Assembly (NCBI GenBank): GCA_021788365.1
Contig: JAJYKS010000003.1
Span: forward strand, 73,810 to 137,809
Reading direction: 5' to 3'
From: a bacterium
Lineage (GTDB): Bacteria > Patescibacteriota > Microgenomatia > UBA1400 > UBA12108
DNA length: 64,000 nucleotides
Translations under genes and position numbers: made by a program
Shown: in pieces, positions 19,643 through 29,036 of the stretch
Numbering within the stretch: position 1 is the first letter of the stretch
How the letters are laid out: every line of letters begins with the position of its first letter
The notes under the pieces: model-generated
Seen by the model: the letters and a program-made list of their open reading frames with translations, nothing else
Told to the model about the DNA's origin: nothing
Databases searched by the model: none

Positions 19643-21549
19643 CAAAGCCGAAAATTATTGAGCCGAAGCTAACGAAGAACGCAGCGGAGGTCGCAAAGAA
19701 ACGATACCTTCGGACAGATCTAAAAGGCAAGACTTTGGAGACGCCAGGGGAGATGTTGTGGCGGGTGGCGTACCACATGGCAACGGCTGAAGTGAAATGG
19801 GCTGGAAATGGAATTGTTATGGAAACGGCGACGAAATTTTACGAACGGATGGTGTCTATGAAGCTCGTGTGCGCCGGCAAGGCAATGTTCGAGGCCGGGA
19901 ACCCGGGCGGCACCGGACAACTTTCTTCCTGTTTCGTGCTCCCTATAGACGACGCTATTGGCAAGATATTTAAGACTTTGGGTGACGCGGCGGTTGTCCA
20001 CAAAAACAATGGCGGCACCGGTTTTAACTTTAGTAAAATCCGTCCGCACGGGGATAAGGTGCGGAATGTGCCGGGCGCTGCAAGCGGTCCTGTCGATTTT
20101 CTAAAAGCATATTCGGCCGCTCTCGCCCAGATATTGCAGGGAGCGAAACGGCAGGGGGCAAATATCGGCATCTTGAACGCCGATCACCCCGATATCGAAG
20201 AATTTATCGATATGAAAGACACGGACGGGACAATAAAGAACTTTAACGTCTCGGTCGGTGTCACCGACGCGTTTATGGAAGCCGTCGAGTCTGATGGGTG
20301 GTGGAACTTGGTAAACCCGCGAAACCACGAGGTGGTGAAGCGTATGAAAGCGCGAACGCTCTTCAATAAAATCGCCGAGCAGGCGTGGAAGACGGGGGAT
20401 CCTGGTCTCGCATTCCTCGACACCGTGGAAGCGGGTAATACCGTACCGGGATTTGGCGTAATTGACGCCTGCAATCCGTGTGGCGAGATATTCCTCTTCC
20501 CGTACGAGTCGTGCAATCTCACTACCATCGATTTAGCGCGGCATTTGAGGAAGGCAAAAAGGGGGTGGGAAATAGACTGGAGGGAACTCGAAGAGACAGT
20601 GAAACTGGGGGTGCGCTTCCTCGACGACATGATCGAGGTAAATAGCTATCCGGTTCCTGAGATAGAGGCGACCGTTAAGAATGGCAACCGGCGGATTGGG
20701 CTCGGGGTCATGGGATTTGCCCATATGCTCTATAAACTCGGCATTCCCTATAACTCGGCGGAGGCGGTAAAAACTGCCAAAGAGCTTTCGAAATTTATCT
20801 ACGAGCACGCGGCAGAGGCTTCGGCGGAGCTTGCGGAATCTCGTGGTAACTTCCCCAACTGGGACTTGTCTATATATCCTGCCAAGGGGCAGCCCATGCG
20901 CAACTGTGCAGTGACCATGGTTGCGCCGACCGGTACCATCTCTATCCTCGCTGATACTAGTAGCGGTATCGAGCCGGTGTTTTCCTTGGTCACCATCCGC
21001 CGCACGTTCTATGAGGACGATCGCTCCAATCACTCGACCAAAGAACTCACGATGGTGGACCCCGTTTTCCAAGATTACTTGGAAAACAAAGCAAAAATGA
21101 ACAAAAGTAAAATTGCACAAATTTTTAAACATGTAGCGGCGGGAGACTATAGCGACCTAACGCCTGAGGAGAAGAAACTGTTTGTCACGACCCACCAAAT
21201 AGCGCCGGAGTGGCACGTGAAGATACAGGCTGCGTGGCAAAAATATTTTGATAACAGTATCAGCAAAACTATCAACTTTTCCCACGAGGCGACGGTAGAG
21301 GATGTGAAGGTGGCGTATATGCAGGCATGGAAAGCAGGGTGCAAGGGAATCACGATATACCGAGATGGGAGTAAGGGAGATCAGGTGCTGGTAGCGCAAA
21401 CCTCAAACGTCAAAGCTCAAAACCAAAACCTAAAACCAGAAGACCAGGGATCAAGCGGGGACGGGATGTGTCCGGAGTGCGGGGGGAGACTGCACAAAGA
21501 GGATGGGTGTGCCAAGTGCGTGGATTGCGGTTATTCGGTGTGTGGATAG
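19633..21549 (+). CDS. nrdJ: class II ribonucleotide reductase, copy 2
   Basis: 638 aa; [26 protein letters not shown]-terminal CPECGGRLHKEDGCAKCVDCG zinc ribbon. Confidence 0.85.
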   Translation: MAMTKPKIIEPKLTKNAAEVAKKRYLRTDLKGKTLETPGEMLWRVAYHMATAEVKWAGNGIVMETATKFYERMVSMKLVCAGKAMFEAGNPGGTGQLSSCFVLPIDDAIGKIFKTLGDAAVVHKNNGGTGFNFSKIRPHGDKVRNVPGAASGPVDFLKAYSAALAQILQGAKRQGANIGILNADHPDIEEFIDMKDTDGTIKNFNVSVGVTDAFMEAVESDGWWNLVNPRNHEVVKRMKARTLFNKIAEQAWKTGDPGLAFLDTVEAGNTVPGFGVIDACNPCGEIFLFPYESCNLTTIDLARHLRKAKRGWEIDWRELEETVKLGVRFLDDMIEVNSYPVPEIEATVKNGNRRIGLGVMGFAHMLYKLGIPYNSAEAVKTAKELSKFIYEHAAEASAELAESRGNFPNWDLSIYPAKGQPMRNCAVTMVAPTGTISILADTSSGIEPVFSLVTIRRTFYEDDRSNHSTKELTMVDPVFQDYLENKAKMNKSKIAQIFKHVAAGDYSDLTPEEKKLFVTTHQIAPEWHVKIQAAWQKYFDNSISKTINFSHEATVEDVKVAYMQAWKAGCKGITIYRDGSKGDQVLVAQTSNVKAQNQNLKPEDQGSSGDGMCPECGGRLHKEDGCAKCVDCGYSVCG

Positions 21550-21556
21550 GAGGGCT

Positions 21557-21877
21557 ATGGATACAAAACAACTACTAAAAAAAACTCTTGAGATAGATAA
21601 GAAAATGAGTGGCTATGACAAGTTCCAGCGTTTGGCTGACGCCATGGAGGAGCTTGGAGAGACAGCAGCGGCTATGGTAGTTGTTGAGGGAGTTAAGAAG
21701 ACGAACGATCCCAAGAAACAATATACCGTTCGTGATGTTGCCGACGGACTCGCTGACACAATGTACACACTCATTCTTTTGGCAGATCAATATGGCGTTG
21801 ATTTATTTCAAGAGTACGGGGAGATGATTGAGCGATTACAGAAGCGAGTAGAGAGTGGGGAATTTAGACATGATTAA
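21557..21877 (+). CDS. MazG-like nucleotide pyrophosphohydrolase (small all-alpha NTP-PPase)
   Basis: Start trimmed to MDTKQLLKK (after the nrdJ2 stop); EELGETAAAM and ADGLADTMYTLILLADQYGVDL resemble MazG/dCTPase-type motifs. Confidence 0.55.
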   Translation: MDTKQLLKKTLEIDKKMSGYDKFQRLADAMEELGETAAAMVVVEGVKKTNDPKKQYTVRDVADGLADTMYTLILLADQYGVDLFQEYGEMIERLQKRVESGEFRHD

Positions 21878-24164
21878 AGAAATTACTAAGCGGGATGGGC
21901 GGGTGGTGCCGTTTTCCGTCGACAAGCTCGCTGGGGCGATATGGAAAGCGGGGAGGGAAACTGTCGAATTTGACGAGGCAGAGTCGAAGCGACTTTCGGG
22001 AATTGTCGTTACGCTCTTAGAAAAAACTCACACACCCGGTGTGAAGGGCGCCCACACACCGGGTGTTGAGGAGATCCAGGACTTTGTCGAGCAGGTTCTT
22101 ATGGCTGCCGGTCACTATCAGACGGCAAAGGCCTACATTTTGTATCGAGCCAAGCGAAGTGAAGAACGCAGAGCCGAACGCCTTATCGGTGTCACCGATG
22201 ACCTTGGCTTCACCCCCAATCAACTTAAGGTGCTGCAGAGTCGGTATTTATTAAAAGACGAAGACGGCAAAGTAGTAGAAACTCCCAGCGAGCTTTTCCG
22301 CAGAGTGGCAAAAAATTTGGCGATAGTGGAGAAGAAGGAGAAGCGTAAGCAGGTAGAAGCAGATTTTTACGAGGTGATGAGCAAACTTGAGTTTCTCCCG
22401 GCAGGTCGAACCCTCAACAACGCCGGTACCCCTCAGTCGCAGCTCGCCAACTGCTTTGTGCTACCGGTTGAAGACAGTATGGAGGGTATATTCGACTCGG
22501 TGAAATACATGGCGCTTGTACACCAGCGGGGCGGGGGAACGGGCTTTAACTTCTCGAAACTGCGGCCAAAGGGGGATGTCGTGACTAAATCATCCGGTGG
22601 ATTTGCGACGGGGCCGGTCTCGTTTATGAAAATTTTTGACATTGCGACCCGACAGGTCATGCAGGGCGGCAAGAAGCGCGGTGCCAATATGGGTATCCTC
22701 AACGTCGACCATCCCGACATCCTCGAGTTTATTACGGCAAAATCAGAGCGAGGAGAGATAGAAAACTTTAATATCTCGGTTGGTGTGACCGATGCTTTTA
22801 TGAAAGCGGTCGATACCGACTCTGAGTGGGCCCTCAAGAATCCGCGAACCGGTGAGGTGGTGCAGACTATGCGGGCTAGAAGCCTCATGGGACAGCTCAC
22901 CGCCATGGCGTGGCGCACGGGGGACCCCGGCCTCATATTCCTCGACCCCATCAACCGCAACAACCCGCTCCTTTCTAGGTACGGACGGATCGATGCCACG
23001 AACCCGTGTGGGGAGCAACCCCTTCACCCCTTTGATGCGTGCAACCTGGGAAGTGTAAACCTAGCAAAATTTGTCGGACCCTTCACACCCGGTGTGAAGG
23101 GTACCCACACACCGGGTGTGTTGTGGAACAGACTTGCCTTTGTGGTGCGGACGGCGGTGCGGATGCTCGACGACGTTATCGACGCATGTAAATATCCTTT
23201 ACCCCAAATTGCCGAGACCGTGCGGGCAAATCGCCGGATAGGGCTCGGTGTCATGGGGTGGGCAGATATGTTGTACCAGCTCCGTGTGCCATATGACTCT
23301 GACGCGGCGGTAAAGCTTGCCGGCAAAGTAGCCAAATTTATTCAGGATACCAGCTGGGATGAGAGTGCGAGATTGGCAAAGGAAAAAGGGGTATTCCCGC
23401 GGTGGAAAGAATCTAGTTTTGCACTTAGGGGACGGACCTCTAAGTATCGTAACGTGGCAATTACCACAATTGCACCAACCGGCAGCATCTCGATGCTCGC
23501 CGATGCATCATCGGGAATAGAACCGGTGTTTGCACTCGCCTATACCAAAAATGTGGTGGAAGACGCGGGCCTTACCTACATCAACAAGTATTTTGAGCGG
23601 GAGCTGCAAGCGGCTCTTTGGGCAGATGGTGACGCCGAACACAAGGTGCGGGATAGGATAGTTCGTGAAGTCTCGGCGGCTGGGTCGGTTGCCCACGTGT
23701 CCGGGGTACCCGCAGAGGTTGCCGGCGTCTATCGAACGGCGCATGACATATCACCCGAGTGGCATGTGAAGATGCAAGCTGCTTGGCAGAAATACACGGA
23801 TAACGCGGTCTCCAAGACCATTAACTTTCCCAACAGTGCGACTATAGATGACGTGGAGCGAGCATACATGCTAGCCTGGAAATCGGGGTGCAAGGGGATC
23901 ACCATTTACCGGGACGGGAGCAAAGACGTACAGATTTTGTCGGTGGGATCAACAAGCCGGCAAGTCAGCGAATCGGCTAGCCAGCAAGCCAGCAAGCCAG
24001 CAAGCCAGCAGATAATACAGAGTAAAATCAAAACAGAAACGTTGAAAGAGCGGGCAGCAAAGGGAAAACATATGACGGTGTGTCCGGAGTGTGGCGGAAA
24101 ACTTGTTGTCGAAGAGGGGTGTGCCAAGTGTTACGGATGTGGGTTTAGTGTATGCAACGGATAG
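21855..24164 (+). CDS. nrdJ: class II ribonucleotide reductase, copy 3, with an N-terminal ATP-cone
   Basis: 769 aa; N-terminal ATP-cone (MIKEITKRDGRVVPFSVDKL); NPCGEQPLHPFDACNLGSVNL, VSKTINFP, C-terminal CPECGGKLVVEEGCAKCYGCG; alternative start at 21870. Confidence 0.85.
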   Translation: MGNLDMIKEITKRDGRVVPFSVDKLAGAIWKAGRETVEFDEAESKRLSGIVVTLLEKTHTPGVKGAHTPGVEEIQDFVEQVLMAAGHYQTAKAYILYRAKRSEERRAERLIGVTDDLGFTPNQLKVLQSRYLLKDEDGKVVETPSELFRRVAKNLAIVEKKEKRKQVEADFYEVMSKLEFLPAGRTLNNAGTPQSQLANCFVLPVEDSMEGIFDSVKYMALVHQRGGGTGFNFSKLRPKGDVVTKSSGGFATGPVSFMKIFDIATRQVMQGGKKRGANMGILNVDHPDILEFITAKSERGEIENFNISVGVTDAFMKAVDTDSEWALKNPRTGEVVQTMRARSLMGQLTAMAWRTGDPGLIFLDPINRNNPLLSRYGRIDATNPCGEQPLHPFDACNLGSVNLAKFVGPFTPGVKGTHTPGVLWNRLAFVVRTAVRMLDDVIDACKYPLPQIAETVRANRRIGLGVMGWADMLYQLRVPYDSDAAVKLAGKVAKFIQDTSWDESARLAKEKGVFPRWKESSFALRGRTSKYRNVAITTIAPTGSISMLADASSGIEPVFALAYTKNVVEDAGLTYINKYFERELQAALWADGDAEHKVRDRIVREVSAAGSVAHVSGVPAEVAGVYRTAHDISPEWHVKMQAAWQKYTDNAVSKTINFPNSATIDDVERAYMLAWKSGCKGITIYRDGSKDVQILSVGSTSRQVSESASQQASKPASQQIIQSKIKTETLKERAAKGKHMTVCPECGGKLVVEEGCAKCYGCGFSVCNG
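22028..22066. repeat. about 39-bp double-palindrome element inserted in-frame in nrdJ3 (copy 1; encodes HTPGVKGAHTPGV)
   Basis: tcacacacccggtgtgaagggcgcccacacaccgggtgt; near-identical to 23078-23125. Confidence 0.6.
23078..23125. repeat. about 45-bp double-palindrome element inserted in-frame in nrdJ3 (copy 2; encodes FTPGVKGTHTPGV)
   Basis: cccttcacacccggtgtgaaggg is a perfect 11-bp-arm palindrome, followed by tacccacacaccgggtgtgttgtgg; the reverse strand encodes a TPGV-like peptide. Confidence 0.6.
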
Positions 24165-24787
24165 TGTTGGCCAGCGGGAGCCCGAGAAGGAAGGAAATAC
24201 TTGAGCTTCTAGGCTTGGAGTTCGAGGTGGCCGAGAGTCTATTTGATGAAGACCTTATCCAAACAGATGATCCGGTGGAACTCGTTGAGGAACTGGCCAT
24301 ACAGAAAGCACAAAAAGTAGCAGAGCGATATCCCGACGCTATCGTTATCGGTGGGGATACGACTGTCACGTTTGGCGTGGGATGGATGGGGAAAGCAAAT
24401 AGTGCGGAAGAAGCAATAAAAATTTTCGGTGAACTTTTGGGAAAGACACACAAAGTGATTACGGGAGTGGCGGTCGTAAACTCCTTAACTGGTGATACTT
24501 ATGTAGGTAGTGAGGAGGGAGTGGTGACGTTTCGCGAGGGATCGCCCCAAGAGCTCGCTAAGTATGCCGAAAACGAAAAAAACTGGCGGGGATTTGCCGG
24601 GGCGTATGCCTTGCAGGGTGGGGCGGCGCCGTTTGCCCTTTCCCAGTCCGGCAAGCTGTCGGCGATTATCGGGCTGCCAGTCGAGCTCACAACCGACCTT
24701 CTGGAGCAGGCGGGGGTGACGGTGGACGCAGATCCACGCGCGGTTGAAGATATGCTCCACGGAATGAAAGTGGGAATTGGGGACTAG
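24152..24787 (+). CDS. maf: Maf-like nucleoside triphosphate pyrophosphatase (septum formation protein Maf)
   Basis: LASGSPRRKEIL N-terminal Maf signature; 211 aa. Confidence 0.8.
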   Translation: MQRIVLASGSPRRKEILELLGLEFEVAESLFDEDLIQTDDPVELVEELAIQKAQKVAERYPDAIVIGGDTTVTFGVGWMGKANSAEEAIKIFGELLGKTHKVITGVAVVNSLTGDTYVGSEEGVVTFREGSPQELAKYAENEKNWRGFAGAYALQGGAAPFALSQSGKLSAIIGLPVELTTDLLEQAGVTVDADPRAVEDMLHGMKVGIGD

Positions 24788-24822
24788 ATAGAGGGGAGTT
24801 TCTGCGTGTATAATCCGGCCTC

Positions 24823-25623
24823 GTGGGATTGGAGCAGGGAGAGAGAAGGGTGTCTATTTCAACGGGGGCTTTGTGGCCAATTGCTGGAGAGTCGATTGGG
24901 GATAGGGTAGCTTCTGGATTTCAAATGGTTGATGGGTTGTTTGATAGCGGGGTTGTTGCTGGGTTGGAAGTGATGTTTAAGGACAACGGGCAGATCAAAG
25001 ATTTTTTGAGAGTACTGGACATGACAATGCTCTCGGAATTTCGACGTGTGGTTGATAGAGGAGCTGTATTGACGTTACATGCGCCTAAACCTCCTGAAGA
25101 CGTGATTTATGGTTCTGGTTCTAAGACGGAGATGGATATGTACGCTGAACTTCGTGAAGTATATGAAGTCATGAGTGGTATAAACATTTTTTACACGGTT
25201 TTTCATGCGGGTTGGTTTAATGAAGTGTTTATTCAAGAAAAGCTATTTCCTCATCAGACTGCTTACGAAAACAGTGACAAGCAACATACTAAGTGGAGGT
25301 CGGCGAAAGAAATGGGCAAACTTGTCCACAAAACTGGCGCATGGGGAGTTATGGATGCTGCGCATCTTAATAGTATTGGAGCTGGTCCACGGGAGGCTCA
25401 AGCAATGATAGATGCTCTTGGAGATGATCTTGCGGCGTTTCACATGAGTGGTATAAAACCGAGAGAAATTGAGCACATGCCAGTTACACGTATGAATGGT
25501 AGTAAGGCGAGAATGGTAAGTCTTTTAGAACCTATAAAGAAACATCCTGCGGCAGTCATCCTAGAATCACCAGTTGAGAGTGTGGTGGTGGCATTGGATG
25601 AATTGTCACTTGTACTCCAGTGA
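24823..25623 (+). CDS. hypothetical protein (possibly xylose-isomerase-like TIM barrel; weak)
   Basis: 266 aa; no firm motif recognised. Confidence 0.4.
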   Translation: MGLEQGERRVSISTGALWPIAGESIGDRVASGFQMVDGLFDSGVVAGLEVMFKDNGQIKDFLRVLDMTMLSEFRRVVDRGAVLTLHAPKPPEDVIYGSGSKTEMDMYAELREVYEVMSGINIFYTVFHAGWFNEVFIQEKLFPHQTAYENSDKQHTKWRSAKEMGKLVHKTGAWGVMDAAHLNSIGAGPREAQAMIDALGDDLAAFHMSGIKPREIEHMPVTRMNGSKARMVSLLEPIKKHPAAVILESPVESVVVALDELSLVLQ

Positions 25624-25635
25624 TAGGATATTCGT

Positions 25636-26232
25636 ATGAGTAAACTGGGACTGGTTTATGTTTTTACCGGGGAGGGGAAGGGGAAGACGAGCGCGGCCTT
25701 GGGTGTCGCGACGCGGGCGCTGCTCCTTGGTAAAAAAGTTTCGTGGGTAGCCTTTTACAAACAAGCCAGTTGGGGAATCGCGGAGGCAAAACTGGCGGAT
25801 ACGTTTCCTCATATGACGATGTATTTCGGTGGACATGGATTTATGATTCACGATTCACGATTTAAGAGGGGAAATGGGAAGGTAGCACCAGTTGGAGGCA
25901 AGGGAAATGTGGTGGTAGATACGGCGAGTGAAGAGGAGCATCTCCAGGCAGCGCAAGCGTGCTTGGTACAGGCAAGAGAACAGCTTGCGAAGAAACCATT
26001 TTTGCTTGTCATGGACGAAGTACTAAACGCGGTGTCGGAGGGACTTATACAAGAGAACGAGGTTTTGGAGCTTTTGGAAGGGCGAGGAGAGACGCATGTC
26101 GTCTTGACCGGTAGATCCGACCCGCATCTTACAAGGATGATCCTTGTAAAGTGTGATCTAGTTACGGAGTGTAAGAAAGTTAAGCATCCTTATGACGAGG
26201 GGAACCTGGCGGTTGCGGGATTGGATTTTTAA
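25636..26232 (+). CDS. cob(I)yrinic acid a,c-diamide / cob(I)alamin adenosyltransferase (CobA/CobO/BtuR family)
   Basis: VYVFTGEGKGKTSAALG P-loop is characteristic of BtuR/CobO; about 198 aa. Confidence 0.75.
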   Translation: MSKLGLVYVFTGEGKGKTSAALGVATRALLLGKKVSWVAFYKQASWGIAEAKLADTFPHMTMYFGGHGFMIHDSRFKRGNGKVAPVGGKGNVVVDTASEEEHLQAAQACLVQAREQLAKKPFLLVMDEVLNAVSEGLIQENEVLELLEGRGETHVVLTGRSDPHLTRMILVKCDLVTECKKVKHPYDEGNLAVAGLDF

Positions 26233-26287
26233 CTTGTTTTTTGCCGTATAATGAAATGAATAGCGTCCTGTATGGGGGTTTGTTTGT

Positions 26288-26704
26288 ATGGTAGATACGA
26301 AGAAAGAAAAAGAATCCATTCGGCAAGCTCAGGACCGTGGGCCAATAGGTGTGGTGGGGCGGGAACGTGCACCGGAGGAATTCCCCACGGTAGAGTCGCC
26401 GCGAAAAGCAGAGGAGCCACTGGAGGTTGAGAGTTGGATTGAGAAGATAGAGAAGCGCTTTGCGCGGGTACCGCAAAACAATAACATCCAGGATGACACT
26501 GTCGTTGTGACCCAGCCACAGTCCAATCAGCCGCCGGTGACTTTGCCGGTTACGCAGCAGCAAATCAACGATAATCACAATGGTAAGCCGGAGTTTTCGC
26601 TAACATGGCTTGTCACCTGGGCGATACGGCAGATAAAGATGCTCACTCTCGTGGGGAGACATATTCGGCTTCAGGATCTACCGGAAGCTGACAAGAAGAA
26701 GTAA
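26288..26704 (+). CDS. hypothetical protein (Pro/Gln-rich, possibly a partner of the downstream ATPase)
   Basis: 138 aa; low-complexity middle region; translationally close to the downstream gene. Confidence 0.35.
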   Translation: MVDTKKEKESIRQAQDRGPIGVVGRERAPEEFPTVESPRKAEEPLEVESWIEKIEKRFARVPQNNNIQDDTVVVTQPQSNQPPVTLPVTQQQINDNHNGKPEFSLTWLVTWAIRQIKMLTLVGRHIRLQDLPEADKKK

Positions 26705-26706
26705 CT

Positions 26707-29034
26707 ATGCAAGGTATGGAGGCATTTTCACAATTTTTAACCAACATGGCATATGGCTTGGTTGTTTTTGCCATAATCCTTGCTGGCCTCTCTGCTCTTG
26801 CCTACGCATTTCTCCTGTGGATCCGCAATCACAAGCGAGAGGAATACTCGCTTTCATTTGTAACGCTTGAAGTAGCCTTGCCACACGAGAACGAGATAAA
26901 GATAGATGCCGCAGAGCAATTGTTTGCCTCTTTGTACTCTATAAAGAATGAGGAGTGGTATTCATTCCTTCAGTCAGAGCATGCCATATCGTTCGAGCTC
27001 GTCGGAAAGAAAGAGGATATTCGCTTCTACGTGTCGGTGCCGCACGAACTCATGGAGCTTGTAGAGAAGCAGATCCACGGTGCGTATCCGGGTGCGGAAA
27101 TAAAAACCGTTGATGAGCCAACGATATTTTCCGATAATGGTAAGGTGGCATACGAGTCTTTTGTCAAAAAGAACGCCGGCTACTATCCTATTCAGTCGTT
27201 CCGTGATCTACCTACTGACCCGCTTTCGTCCATAACCTCATTTCTCGCTAAGATGCGGGAGGGGGAGGGTGCCATGCTCCAGATAGTGGTGTCGCCGGCC
27301 TCGCACGGCTGGGCGAGTTCGGGACACGGCTATATCAGCCGGTCGAAGAAAGACGAGGCAAATCCAGAGCATGCGACCTACTCCGTAGATCCAAAATCGC
27401 TGGAAGCGGTAGAGCGCTCAACCGGTAAGCCAGGCTTTTCTGTATCTATTCGTATGGTTGTCTCTGCGCCCACGAAGCGTGAAGCACATATGCTTTTGTC
27501 ACAATTCTCCGGAACATTTGCGCAGTTCTCCGGGCCATACAACAAGTTTGTGAAACAACATGTATGGCTGAAGCGTCTGTTTATGATCGATTTTATTTAT
27601 CGTTATCAGGCTATGTTTCGTGGCAAGTCAGTTCTTAATTCTGAGGAGCTTGCGACCATCTTTCACTTTCCCAATAAGCAAGTGGAGACGCCGCACATTC
27701 ATTGGCTGACAGCCAAATCAGCTCCGGCACCGGCACAGATACCCCAATCGGGACTCTTTCTTGGCAAGAGCGTATATCGCGGGCTATCTCGCAACATTTA
27801 TATATCCGATAAAGACCGGGCTCGCCATATGTATATCATCGGGAAAACGGGTGTCGGCAAATCGGAGTTTATGATGGACATGATCTTGCAAGATATACGA
27901 GCGGGTAAGGGGGTATGTTTTATCGACCCGCATGACACTGTTGAAAAAATACTTGAGTATATTCCGCCAGAGCGTGCGGAAGATGTCATCTATTTTGATC
28001 CATCCGACACCGACCGGCCCATGGGTCTTAACATGCTAGAAGCGGCTACGGAAGAGGAAAAACAGTTTGTGGCTAGCTCCATCATCAATCTCATGTACAA
28101 GTTGTACGACCCACACAAGACAGGTATCATCGGTCCGCGATTCGAGCACGCCATTCGCAACGCCATGATGACTGTTATGAGTGAGCCAGGGGCGACGTTT
28201 ATCGAAATCGTTCGCGTTCTTACCGACCAGAAATTTCTCCAAGAGCTTTTGCCGAAGGTGCAAGATCCCATCGTGCGGCGCTATTGGACAGACCAGATTG
28301 CGCAAACGTCGGATTTCCACAAGTCGGAAGTCCTAGACTATATTGTCTCTAAGTTTGGTCGGTTTATTACCGATAAAATGATGCGAAATATCATTGGACA
28401 ATCCCAATCTGCGTTTAATTTCCGCAAGGTTATGGACGAGGGGAAAATACTCCTTATTAACCTGGCAAAAGGAAGGATTGGGGAGGAGAACTCAGCGTTC
28501 TTGGGCCTCATACTTGTCCCTAAGCTTTTGGTTGCGGCTATGAGCCGGCAGGATGTGCCGGAGGCGCAAAGACGAGATTTTAACCTCTACGTTGACGAAT
28601 TTCAGAACTTTGCGACACCCGACTTCGCCACCATTCTTTCGGAGGCACGTAAATATCACTTGAATCTGACTGTTGCGAACCAGTTTATCGGACAGATCGA
28701 CGAAGAGGTAAAGAACGCCGTATTTGGTAACGTGGGTACGCTCATCTCTTTCCGTGTGGGTGTGCAGGACGCAAACTTTTTGCAACATGAGTTTACGCCA
28801 ACGTTTTCAGAATCCGATCTTACCAATGTGGAGCGATATCATACGTTCGTGAAGACCATTGTAGACAACGAACCGATGCCGCCTTTTTCGATGGACCTCA
28901 CACGCGATATCGATGCTTTCCGCAAAGCGGCTAACCCGAAACTTGCTGAGATGGTCAAGAAGCTATCGCGCCTCAAGTACGGAAAAGATAAGAATATTCT
29001 CGAAGTGGAGATCGCGAAGCGCGCGAGGTTGTAG
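26707..29034 (+). CDS. VirB4/TraC-like (type IV secretion / conjugation-type) membrane-anchored ATPase
   Basis: 775 aa; N-terminal TM; Walker A IIGKTGVGKSE around residue 375, Walker B LYVDEFQNF; FtsK/HerA-fold layout typical of VirB4-family ATPases. Confidence 0.65.
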   Translation: MQGMEAFSQFLTNMAYGLVVFAIILAGLSALAYAFLLWIRNHKREEYSLSFVTLEVALPHENEIKIDAAEQLFASLYSIKNEEWYSFLQSEHAISFELVGKKEDIRFYVSVPHELMELVEKQIHGAYPGAEIKTVDEPTIFSDNGKVAYESFVKKNAGYYPIQSFRDLPTDPLSSITSFLAKMREGEGAMLQIVVSPASHGWASSGHGYISRSKKDEANPEHATYSVDPKSLEAVERSTGKPGFSVSIRMVVSAPTKREAHMLLSQFSGTFAQFSGPYNKFVKQHVWLKRLFMIDFIYRYQAMFRGKSVLNSEELATIFHFPNKQVETPHIHWLTAKSAPAPAQIPQSGLFLGKSVYRGLSRNIYISDKDRARHMYIIGKTGVGKSEFMMDMILQDIRAGKGVCFIDPHDTVEKILEYIPPERAEDVIYFDPSDTDRPMGLNMLEAATEEEKQFVASSIINLMYKLYDPHKTGIIGPRFEHAIRNAMMTVMSEPGATFIEIVRVLTDQKFLQELLPKVQDPIVRRYWTDQIAQTSDFHKSEVLDYIVSKFGRFITDKMMRNIIGQSQSAFNFRKVMDEGKILLINLAKGRIGEENSAFLGLILVPKLLVAAMSRQDVPEAQRRDFNLYVDEFQNFATPDFATILSEARKYHLNLTVANQFIGQIDEEVKNAVFGNVGTLISFRVGVQDANFLQHEFTPTFSESDLTNVERYHTFVKTIVDNEPMPPFSMDLTRDIDAFRKAANPKLAEMVKKLSRLKYGKDKNILEVEIAKRARL

Positions 29035-29036
29035 AA

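Noticed and set aside
20533-21132. Antisense ORFs within nrdJ2/nrdJ3 (20533-21132 -, 22433-22999 -, 23024-23335 -)
   Set aside because: They overlap conserved RNR coding sequence on the opposite strand; 23024-23335 partly mirrors the TPGV palindrome, which explains its apparent protein-likeness.
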